A stretch of 64,000 bases of DNA from the IMG/VR virus record IMGVR_UViG_3300045988_165036, positions 70,153-134,152 of that record; one strand, written 5' to 3'. Of this stretch, positions 29,670 to 37,977 are shown piece by piece; within the stretch, counting starts at the first letter, position 1; every line of letters starts with the position of its first letter. Position numbers and translations under genes: made by a program. Source of the stretch: a virus. Under the pieces are notes generated by a model. The model searched no databases. It saw only the letters and a list, made by a program, of their open reading frames with translations, and was not told the origin of the DNA.

Positions 29670-30144
29670 AGAGGTGAGTAGGGAAGAATGAGAGAATAGA
29701 AAACTGGTACAACCAGCGTATTAAAGTAAGAAGGTTTATATAATACGCTAAGTGGACCACTTTTTGAAATTAAGATTTGGTTAAAATTTATTGATTAATA
29801 AGATCGGTTTAATGCGTTGGTTAGAAGTGTATGTTTAAAGATTGTGTGTGTGAGTGTGTTGTAAATTATGTTGAAAACTCAGCATATTGGTTATCAGTAT
29901 ATTGGTTAAGTGAGTGAATTAAGTAAATTTATAAATTAGTCTATGGAGATTATATGAGGTTTGTGTAAGTTTGTAAGTTTTGATATGATCTTTTCTTTCA
30001 AAATGAAAGTAAAAAAATAAAAAGATCTTGATAACATGTGGTCATGTTTTATCTAATAATATTTAACATAATATCAACATTTAAATGTTATTTGAATGTT
30101 AACTATATAATACTAAATATAAAACTAAACAAGGAGGAACTTTA

Positions 30145-31650
30145 ATGAAATTATTAAACGATACTAAAAATAATGCCGATACTAGTAATACTGAAGATTT
30201 AGAAAGTTTGCTGAATGATTTTGATCGAACTCTAAATCCAAATGCAGATCATGCAGATCATAACAACATGCGATCAAACGATGTGCGGTTAGAAGACAAG
30301 AAACACAAAAACCCAAATTGGAGAAAAGAGAACGAGAATCTTTCGTGTTACGCTCTGTCAAGATATTCCAATGAACCGGAAGATGATTTTGATTATTTCG
30401 ATCTGAATGCTTCATTGAAACAAATTCAAAAAAATATCATTATATCAAAAAAGGCTGAAAGTTTAGATATTGATTTATCAAAATTGGAAACTAATCACTT
30501 GTATAAAAACTGGAAAGAAGTTTGTGCGGATTTAAAAATTTCTTATAATGGCAACGGTCGGAATACCATAGAACAAAAGAAAATTGTTTTGGAAAATACA
30601 AAATATGAAAAGTGTGGAAATTCATATATATTTTATGAAATCAATCCGAATTATAAAAACGAGTTTTCTAAAAATAATGAAGTTACAAGGGTCAATTGCG
30701 TGGAAGCCATATTATCAAATGTTTTTTCGTCCGCGAATAATCAGCCAATTGCCTTGACAGCAAAATGTTGGTTTGAACTTCTTGGGCTAGTTGATGAAAA
30801 TTATTCTCCGTATAATAAAGAAAATAAAAAACGGTTAATGGCAACCGTAGAAAAAGATATACAAGAATATGAAATGACGATTGAGGATGGTTCTCCGATT
30901 ATCAGCTCCGCTGTTAAAACATCAACCGATTTCTTTTATACTAATACACAGGCTCGATTCAAAGAAGCATTATTCAATGCCTTTGATTCTCTCCAAAAAA
31001 GAGGGGCAATTATAGTTGATACTGTTGTCGGAGGTTTCCCATTAACTAAAGAACAAGTGGAAACAATAAAGGGAGCGGTTGAAAAAGATCCAGATGTTTC
31101 AATATATGATTTGAATATAAGGCTAAAAAGACAGATGATGTCGCTCGGAAGTTTAAATACGAAATATCTTGAATGCGAAGAAGAGACATTAAAGGATTTA
31201 AAAATGAATCGAACGGATTTGAAAATATTACGCAAGAATCCGGGTTTAGCTAAAAAATATTATGGAAGACTTGGAATTAAAACTGCTCTAAAAATTGGGA
31301 TGATTTATATATCCAGATTTTTCATAGTTTATCCATATTCTGATAACTGTAAAAAAGTATTCAAGACCCAATCGCAAGACAAAGATGTTCGAGCTTATGT
31401 TAAATATTTAATGCAGAGAGGAATTTTTGAATCGGCTAAAAACAAGATGCTGAAAGCAGACGGAAAAGGCGATTTCGGAACAGATAAATTTCTTGTTGCT
31501 AATTCGTATTTAATTGAAAAATTAATTAAAGAAAATAGAGAAAATTCAGAAGAAATGGTGAAATTTGGTATGATAAATGCTCAAAGGTTCGAAAAAAATA
31601 TTTCGGATGTTTTGTATACAGATGATGTAAACGATGGAGGAGAAGAATGA
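30145..31650 (+). CDS. Hypothetical protein (501 aa), very AT-rich
   Basis: AAGGAGG RBS; no motif recognised. Confidence 0.6.
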   Translation: MKLLNDTKNNADTSNTEDLESLLNDFDRTLNPNADHADHNNMRSNDVRLEDKKHKNPNWRKENENLSCYALSRYSNEPEDDFDYFDLNASLKQIQKNIIISKKAESLDIDLSKLETNHLYKNWKEVCADLKISYNGNGRNTIEQKKIVLENTKYEKCGNSYIFYEINPNYKNEFSKNNEVTRVNCVEAILSNVFSSANNQPIALTAKCWFELLGLVDENYSPYNKENKKRLMATVEKDIQEYEMTIEDGSPIISSAVKTSTDFFYTNTQARFKEALFNAFDSLQKRGAIIVDTVVGGFPLTKEQVETIKGAVEKDPDVSIYDLNIRLKRQMMSLGSLNTKYLECEEETLKDLKMNRTDLKILRKNPGLAKKYYGRLGIKTALKIGMIYISRFFIVYPYSDNCKKVFKTQSQDKDVRAYVKYLMQRGIFESAKNKMLKADGKGDFGTDKFLVANSYLIEKLIKENRENSEEMVKFGMINAQRFEKNISDVLYTDDVNDGGEE

Positions 31651-32456
31651 TAGCAGAAAATTTAAGCAGCAAGCAATATATGCTAAAATACGGAATAAAT
31701 ATAGAGGTTGGTCATGTCTACAAAAATTTTTTAGAAGTTTTGGAAGCAGTCGGTCTTCCTGTAGAGCTTTCTCAAAGTAAAAGTAGTAAAAGAAGAATTG
31801 TAGAGAGTTTAAAAGAACACACTATTTATAGAAGATCGGGACAAAAGTGGGTGTTCCAAGAAAATAATTATGGAAAAATTAAAGAATTTCCAGAGTTAGA
31901 AGAAGGGGAGGCTCTTTTGCCATATGATGATCGAGGGATATATTACATTAGCAATTTTGGAAGAATCTGGAATAGAAAAAATCGTGAATGGATTTCGAAA
32001 TATGAATATAAGGGAAGATATAAAGTGAGTCTTTATAGCCATCCACATATATTATCAAGAGTTGTTGCTATAACATTTATTCCGAATCCAGATAATAAAC
32101 CAGAGGTAAACCATAAAGATGAAAATCCAAAAAATGATAGAGTAGATAATCTTGAGTGGGTAACAAGAAAAGAAAATTTAAATTATGGCACAAGAACTCA
32201 AAGAGCTTCTGAAACCAGAGCGAAAAATCATCCCGGGAGCGGTTTCAATAAAGGAATGTCTCCTTCAGAAGAGGTTAAACAAAAGATAAGAAACACAATT
32301 AAAGAGAAATATCCAGAAGGTTGGGGTTCTTGGAATAAAGGGAAAAATAGAAAAAGATCTTCAAATTTTAAACAAAAAGCGATTCAGAAAATCAAAACAT
32401 TAATTCTTCAATATAATATATCTTTCGAGGATATTTATCCGCCATCAGACATTTAA
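31647..32456 (+). CDS. HNH homing endonuclease
   Basis: NHKDENPKNDRVDNLEWVTRKEN. Confidence 0.7.
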   Translation: MIAENLSSKQYMLKYGINIEVGHVYKNFLEVLEAVGLPVELSQSKSSKRRIVESLKEHTIYRRSGQKWVFQENNYGKIKEFPELEEGEALLPYDDRGIYYISNFGRIWNRKNREWISKYEYKGRYKVSLYSHPHILSRVVAITFIPNPDNKPEVNHKDENPKNDRVDNLEWVTRKENLNYGTRTQRASETRAKNHPGSGFNKGMSPSEEVKQKIRNTIKEKYPEGWGSWNKGKNRKRSSNFKQKAIQKIKTLILQYNISFEDIYPPSDI

Positions 32457-32542
32457 CCGCTCCCAGTTCGCCTTCGTTTTCTTCTACTATCTCCCCTCAA
32501 AAAATTTTTTCAAAAAATCTCAAACTTTTTTCTCAAACCCCC

Positions 32543-32571
32543 TTGACAAAACGCATTTTATGTGCTATACT
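32543..32571 (+). promoter_or_regulatory. sigmaA-type promoter TTGACA-17-TATACT driving the RNA island
   Basis: Read directly. Confidence 0.6.
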
Positions 32572-32576
32572 ATAAG

Positions 32577-32960
32577 CGTGAAAGGGAGAGAGCATCGGTT
32601 CTCGAGTAGGGAGCGGTTCAAAGCCTAGTGATGCCCGACACTGACCGCTCCCGAAGGCTCCATCGGACTCCTTCTCACTACCTCCTTTTTCAAGGGTGAA
32701 CAAGTGGCCCTTTCCCATGCGTTCCCTTGACGGGTGTGGCTCCGGTTAAATGCGCTGATAGTTTTCATAGTAAACTCTTTTCAAACGCGACGCCGGTCTT
32801 GGTGATGCTTGATCGGTATGACAAAGCGGTCGGACGCTTGACGGTCGGGACAGACCGGCATCCTTTCTAAAGAGTGTTAATTCAGTCGGAAGAATCCCCT
32901 ACTCATAATAGGACAGTCGCTGGTTCGAAGCCTTGAATTACCACCATCATCAAAATTCAA
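32577..32960 (+). ncRNA. Structured, ORF-free RNA ending in an imperfect tRNA-like module (D-arm and CAU anticodon arm, defective T-arm, ..ACCA)
   Basis: Helices GGGAGCGGT/ACCGCTCCC and GCCGGTCT/AGACCGGC, three CGGT-N2-3-GAC repeats, then ATTCagtcggaaGAAT and CCTActcataaTAGG. Confidence 0.4.
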
Positions 32961-32982
32961 TAATCAAAGGAGAGACCTCCAA

Positions 32983-33156
32983 ATGTTACCAATTATCGTA
33001 TCCGCAGTTCTGTCTCTTGCCACAATCGGATTCCTGATTTGGTTCTGGGCACGAACTCCGAGCAATCTCACCAAGTGGTATTGCGTCCCGGTGACGCTCT
33101 TCGGAGTAGCGGCAATCCTCGCATTCTGGTTCTTCGTAGTTCTTCCGATTCTCTGA
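32983..33156 (+). CDS. Small two-TM membrane protein (57 aa), below the track cutoff
   Basis: AAAGGAGAG RBS; MLPIIVSAVLSLATIGFLIWFW... Confidence 0.45.
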   Translation: MLPIIVSAVLSLATIGFLIWFWARTPSNLTKWYCVPVTLFGVAAILAFWFFVVLPIL

Positions 33157-33214
33157 TTGAGATGGCTGTCGGGAAAGACCGACACTCGTATCCTCCGCAT
33201 TTGCGGTCGATTAT

Positions 33215-33296
33215 GGCTCCGTGGCGAAATCGGTAAACGCATCCGATTTAAGATCGGATACCTGTGGGTTTAAGGGTTCGAATCCCTTCGGAGCTA
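33215..33296 (+). tRNA. tRNA-Leu (anticodon UAA), class II with a long variable arm
   Basis: Hand-folded: acceptor GGCTCCG/CGGAGCT, anticodon arm TCCGA-TTTAAGA-TCGGA, variable stem ACC/GGT, T-arm AAGGG-TTCGAAT-CCCTT. Confidence 0.8.
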
Positions 33297-34160
33297 CATC
33301 GGATTGTTTTTTGAACAGAGTTTAACTTGTCAGGTCATAACTGACATCCGATTCCAAGACGCTTGATTGGCAGCCTTCCTTAGTCTCTAAATAGTAATGG
33401 AAGCGCCCGACTCCCACGGAAGAGTGGAGCAACCTCACAGAGGAACAGAAATCCGCCGCTGTGTTGGATAAGTGACCGACGTTGACTGAACCGTCTCGTA
33501 AAAATTTCAGTGACAGTCTGGAGAGACAGACATCCATATGGGTGGGTGGTACTGGGGAGTGCAGAACATCATGTTGTAGAAAGTTAGTTCGACTCTAACC
33601 TCATCCGCCAGCAGACCGGTAGCGTTAACACATTCACCGACTCCCGGCTCAAAAAAATGTGGGGTTCTTTCCAAGGGTTTCTTAGCCTCTAAAAGCAAAC
33701 CCGATTTTATCCCCTTCAGAAGGGATGCGGTCCCGTTCAAGTCGGGCGAGGGGTTTAGAGCGTCTGCAGACGTCGGAGTACCGGCTCTACCGTTAAGGAA
33801 CCGGTGTAGGGCACGCTGGAGAACAGAGTCATTGCCCAGCGTGTAGTGTAACGAAGATTGAGCAATGATGGCGTCTCGGAAAGACGAGAAGAATCCATAC
33901 GATGTGGGATGTTCCCCGTCGAAATATGTGAAATTCATAGCTTGAGCCGTTACAGTCGGAAAGTATTCATAGGCACTCCTCCACCTGTCGCACCCCAGAA
34001 ATGGACACGCGGAAAAGGGAGAAAAATCGCCGACCCGCTGCGGGCGGGAGCGGTTCCTGTAGCTGCCTAATTGCGGCTACTGCTAATGGCAGTCTGATCA
34101 ACTGCTAAGTTCGGTGCCTAAGGGGTTAAATGGGCGCGATGGCCGTCACAGCCGAAACAT
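33297..34160 (+). ncRNA. Large GC-rich structured RNA candidate between two tRNAs (possibly GOLLD/ROOL-class). The core is likely 33611-34160.
   Basis: No credible ORF. Hand-counted 60-nt lines give 62-63% G+C, against 27% in a hand-counted coding line (4201-4260). Many local helices, for example CACGCTGG/CCAGCGTG, GTAGCTGC/GCGGCTAC, CGTCT/AGACG. Confidence 0.5.
33540..33610 (+). ncRNA. tRNA-like minihelix (acceptor, D-arm, T-arm, encoded CCA) without a canonical anticodon stem
   Basis: GGGTGGG/CTCATCC acceptor (2 G.U pairs), GTTAG-TTCGACT-CTAAC T-arm, G-CCA end. The middle forms only AACA-tca-TGTT. Confidence 0.45.
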
Positions 34161-34237
34161 TGTCGAGTAGCCAAGCGGTAAAGGTGACTGGTTTTGACCC
34201 AGTTATTACGTAGATTCGAATCCTGCCTCGACAGCCA
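34161..34237 (+). tRNA. tRNA-Gln (anticodon UUG), CCA encoded
   Basis: Acceptor TGTCGAG/CTCGACA (U1:A72, as in E. coli tRNA-Gln), anticodon arm ACTGG-TTTTGAC-CCAGT, T-loop TTCGAAT with an A:C closing pair. Confidence 0.7.
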
Positions 34238-34355
34238 GCGGAGAATCTCCGCTTCTCCAAAGTATCTTCAGGGCACCCGCCTCATCAAGTCCGATCTTGA
34301 ATTGGAAACTGGTGGGACGGGTTGTTCCGTATAAAAAGAAAGGAAATCATTTCCA

Positions 34356-34835
34356 ATGGGCATCACTCTCAACATCAACGTAAATTCCCCTATATATAAT
34401 AAGACTCCGACCTATAAACCGCTCCCGCAACTCACTCGTCGTCAGAGATCGTTTTTCGAGTCGGCTAAAGCAGCATCTATTTTATCAGATCACCCGCATT
34501 TCCATCTTGGTTGTGCTATTGCAGAAGGCTCTCGTATCATCTCATCAGGACACAATTCCGTTACGCGATGTTCTTTAATCCAACGGGAACTCGACAATAA
34601 CCAATTTGGCGGAGAACACAGGGGAGCTTGCCACGCCGAGACAGCCGCGTTGCTCCCGCTTATTCGTCAGAGAATCGATTTGGCCTCTTGTACTGCATAT
34701 CTATATCGCTCCCACAAAGACGGTTCCATTGCTATTTCTCGCCCTTGTAGCCGGTGTATGAGCCTTATGCGAGCGGTTGGGATTCGACGAGTTTTTTTCA
34801 CAGTGGAAGGCGGATATGCTGTAGAAGATATTTAG
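34356..34835 (+). CDS. dCMP / cytidine deaminase-family zinc enzyme
   Basis: CHAE ... PCSRC motif pair. Confidence 0.7.
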   Translation: MGITLNINVNSPIYNKTPTYKPLPQLTRRQRSFFESAKAASILSDHPHFHLGCAIAEGSRIISSGHNSVTRCSLIQRELDNNQFGGEHRGACHAETAALLPLIRQRIDLASCTAYLYRSHKDGSIAISRPCSRCMSLMRAVGIRRVFFTVEGGYAVEDI

Positions 34836-34939
34836 AGAACGAGACATATTATCTGGGGACTAGATAACCTGATTATGATAATCATAGCAGGTTGTCTTCA
34901 CATATATTAACAAATTACTATAAAAGAAAGGAAAACATT

Positions 34940-37285
34940 ATGTTTCTAAAACGTCTTATCCAATTTTTATCTCAAATTGACAGTGCTATATCGTCAAAAG
35001 ACAGACAGCAGGCCGAAGAATTGCTGACGAAGTTATCCGAAGCATTACAAGCCGAGCCAGATCTGTCAGAGCAAACCAAGACGGCATTTCTTGCATGGAT
35101 GAGAACCATTCAAACCAAGCTTTATGGTTCTTCATCAAAAACAGGGACCGATACGGAATCCCCAACGGAGCCAGATGTATCAACTGACATAGGTCCTGAT
35201 TCTGATGCAGAAACAGAAGTTAAACCAGAGATACCAAAGCCAGATCCGGCTCCTGATGTTCGCACTCCAATTGCTCCCGAAATAACAAAAGACCCGTTTC
35301 ATTACGTAGAATTGTCTGCCACTGATGGCGACGCAAATAAGATTTCCCTACAGACCGCGCTTAATACTGGTACAGACATCAAAATTCGCATACCTGGCAC
35401 GTATCCTGTAACTCCGCCCGTGCTGATTAAGTCACAAACCCTTGATCTAAATAATTCTACCATTAAGTTGAATGGCCGAAAATATAAGGGCGCACTGTTC
35501 TTTTTGAGTGGAGAGCAGCCGTCTATTCAGAATGGAACAATTCAAGGTAGTTTTGACGAACCGGCAGTGCCACTTAGCGACCCGAATTTCTTTGAAGGCG
35601 AGTCACTTATTGGTCTATATTCCTATGCCTATTCTAACGCAAAAATTTCCAACTTAAAGCTCCATCATAGTTGGGGCTATGCCGTTTGTGAACGAACAAA
35701 CGCCGAGGCTGCTACACTTCTCGGTCTACCGGATGGGAATATTGCCGCAATGGCACGCTGCTATGTTTATCTTGACCGCACAATGACCAAGAAGGAGTCC
35801 AAACCCGGATATCTGGGTGGACAAATGTCAACTACGGCTACCGGCGATTATGTTTATGAAACCGCTAAAATGGATTTGACACCGGCGTTGTCTTCTATAG
35901 CACCTAAACTGCGCGGACCGCAAACAAATTACCAGTATATCTCTGCCTCCAACGGATTGGGCTACTTCCGCATTATTAGTGATCGGCGCATTGAATATGA
36001 GTTCACAGTACCAGGAGAGTCAGAACCGGTTTGTCGCACCGCCCTACAAGGCGAGGCAGTCCGTATTCCCGATGGCGCAATTGATGTCAGTGTTACCACT
36101 TATTGCAAGACATCTAACGCCAGTGATTGGAAGATTGGAGAAGGCGCGGATGTGCGCGATGTCGGTTATGTGATTTACCTGAGTAACCATGTTGGAGGAT
36201 TGGATGTCCAAAATTGTGAAATGTCGTTCAACTCCTCTTTAGGGATGTGCGGCACAAGTCTTGGTGCTACTTACGTAAAGAACTGTACCAGTATCGGCAA
36301 TGGGCGCTTAAACCGCGATTCAAAGCCATCTCACACAACTGTTGGGTTTATTGACATCGAAGACAACCCTACTTGTTTTGTCAGTTTGGAAAACATTACC
36401 AGTGATTTGGAGACGAACGGCGCAATGTTGGGCGCCGTTACGGCAAGTGTCAAAAATTGGCGTGGAAGTACAGTTATCATTTATCGCGGATTGAGTGCGT
36501 GGGTAGAAAATTCTGATGCATATATTGGACTGTTTAGCAACGATACTCCTACCGAACTAATTATCAGAAACAGCGTAATTCGAGGAATGACTATAAATAA
36601 ATTGCCGGATTCTGTTCAAACCGAACACTGTACGTTTTATAACTGTCCCGTGCGCACTGTTAATGATTCTGATGGAAAGTACATCTATTCAAACACATAT
36701 ACCAGCGCGGGCAGTGCGCTAACGGGCTTGGTGAATATTTCCTTAACAACTCCAGGCGGATGGAATAGTGCAGGCTTGTCTACGCCCGAGGGTTCCCATG
36801 CGCAACTATTCATCAATGGTTCTGAAGACACGCCACTTGGTAAATGGAAGCCGATGATAGCTACTGGAGATTGCTTTGGGCTACAAGTAGACGATACAAT
36901 TTATCCTAATGGATTTACTATTTATGGCGCTAAAATCGCGCCCGGACAGTACCGTCATCCTACTAAGGTAGACGCCATGTTTGGCGTATTTGAGGACTGT
37001 GATTTTGATTTGTCCAAGCGTGAATTTTGTACCGTAGGCAAACATATGTATGACAAGCCGCTGGAGTTTAATTCTTGTACCATTCACAATGCCAACAATC
37101 CGTTGTTTGGTAGAAATGGCACGGCGGCATTTGGTGTCGGAAAGGGTACGGTGATAGTGTTTAAAAATTGTACCATTGATAAGAAGGACAACATTTGTGT
37201 TACACGCGCAAATACTCCCGGTATTGCCACGTCCGGCGTCCCCACAATTGAGTTTATTGACTGTACTTTCGGGGATGGATCATAA
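34940..37285 (+). CDS. Large secreted or structural-type protein with a P/D/E/T-rich linker and a probable beta-helix (tailspike or depolymerase-like)
   Basis: PTEPDVSTDIGPDSDAETEVKPEIPKPDPAPDV linker, then repetitive N/G/T-rich strands. Visibly GC-richer than neighbours. Confidence 0.35.
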   Translation: MFLKRLIQFLSQIDSAISSKDRQQAEELLTKLSEALQAEPDLSEQTKTAFLAWMRTIQTKLYGSSSKTGTDTESPTEPDVSTDIGPDSDAETEVKPEIPKPDPAPDVRTPIAPEITKDPFHYVELSATDGDANKISLQTALNTGTDIKIRIPGTYPVTPPVLIKSQTLDLNNSTIKLNGRKYKGALFFLSGEQPSIQNGTIQGSFDEPAVPLSDPNFFEGESLIGLYSYAYSNAKISNLKLHHSWGYAVCERTNAEAATLLGLPDGNIAAMARCYVYLDRTMTKKESKPGYLGGQMSTTATGDYVYETAKMDLTPALSSIAPKLRGPQTNYQYISASNGLGYFRIISDRRIEYEFTVPGESEPVCRTALQGEAVRIPDGAIDVSVTTYCKTSNASDWKIGEGADVRDVGYVIYLSNHVGGLDVQNCEMSFNSSLGMCGTSLGATYVKNCTSIGNGRLNRDSKPSHTTVGFIDIEDNPTCFVSLENITSDLETNGAMLGAVTASVKNWRGSTVIIYRGLSAWVENSDAYIGLFSNDTPTELIIRNSVIRGMTINKLPDSVQTEHCTFYNCPVRTVNDSDGKYIYSNTYTSAGSALTGLVNISLTTPGGWNSAGLSTPEGSHAQLFINGSEDTPLGKWKPMIATGDCFGLQVDDTIYPNGFTIYGAKIAPGQYRHPTKVDAMFGVFEDCDFDLSKREFCTVGKHMYDKPLEFNSCTIHNANNPLFGRNGTAAFGVGKGTVIVFKNCTIDKKDNICVTRANTPGIATSGVPTIEFIDCTFGDGS

Positions 37286-37302
37286 ACAGTGATTATAAAT
37301 CA

Positions 37303-37345
37303 ATTCTACGGTCTGTACAATAAGTAAAACGCTTAGATTTCTAAA
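37303..37345 (+). repeat. Intergenic motif copy 1 (ATTCTAcGGTctGTACAaTAAGTAAAA..)
   Basis: Aligns to 37845-37888. Confidence 0.7.
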
Positions 37346-37525
37346 TTTTTATCAATGGATGTATAAACTATACCCATAACAAACTATGTCCTAAAATCTA
37401 ATACTTTATCAATAAAAAAGGAGGTACTTTTCAATTTTTATAAAGAAAATATCCAGTCCCTTTCTTTCACCGGAATTTCAACTGACGAGCAAGAAACGGT
37501 TATTATATTTGGTCGAAACGGTGAT

Positions 37526-37810
37526 ATGGCTTCTGTAGAAACGACCGACTCTACAGTTCTTACGAAACTCAAAAAGTGTACTGATACAAGCCCCGACATA
37601 TATGAGCAAACCGTCGAATGGGTGCTTACAAACGTAACAACCAGTCCGAATGAATCTGACCCAACAAAAATCACATCTATTTGTTTTAAATGCCCTAAGA
37701 AACTTGTTTCTCTTAGGTTAAAGTCTGCCGTTCCAAGAGAATTGACAGATGAAGAGAGAGCAGAAATTGCGGAGCGCATGAGGGGCATTCGGAGAAACAA
37801 AGAAGATTAA
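37526..37810 (+). CDS. Hypothetical protein. The true start is uncertain because the frame is open from the RBS at 37417.
   Basis: ORF from the track. Confidence 0.45.
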   Translation: MASVETTDSTVLTKLKKCTDTSPDIYEQTVEWVLTNVTTSPNESDPTKITSICFKCPKKLVSLRLKSAVPRELTDEERAEIAERMRGIRRNKED

Positions 37811-37844
37811 AACAGTACAGGACCACATAGATGTCCCCACAATC

Positions 37845-37888
37845 GATTCTAAGGTTCGTACAGTAAGTAAAATACTGTAAATTTCAGA
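37845..37888 (+). repeat. Intergenic motif copy 2 (ATTCTAaGGTtcGTACAgTAAGTAAAA..)
   Basis: Aligns to 37303-37345. Confidence 0.7.
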
Positions 37889-37977
37889 AACAAGTTGTTT
37901 GGGGTATTATCTTGTACCCCAAACAAATAAACTTTCAAAATCATTATTAAATCAATGAAAAAAGGAGATATTTTGCC

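Noticed and set aside
32577-33610. tmRNA
   Set aside because: tRNA-like 3' ends exist, but no matching distant 5' acceptor strand was found. The only alanine-starting mini-frame (..AAVLDK*) does not look like a degradation tag. The T-arm at 32920 is defective.
33940-33975. Group II intron domain V (GAGCCGT...)
   Set aside because: Only 3 bp of the required helix can form with the downstream sequence, and no reverse transcriptase or maturase ORF is nearby.
37417-37526. ATT start plus T-run frameshift to extend gene 37526-37810 up to its strong RBS
   Set aside because: It needs two unusual events at once (a non-canonical start and a T5-to-T6 change). It is left as start uncertainty only.
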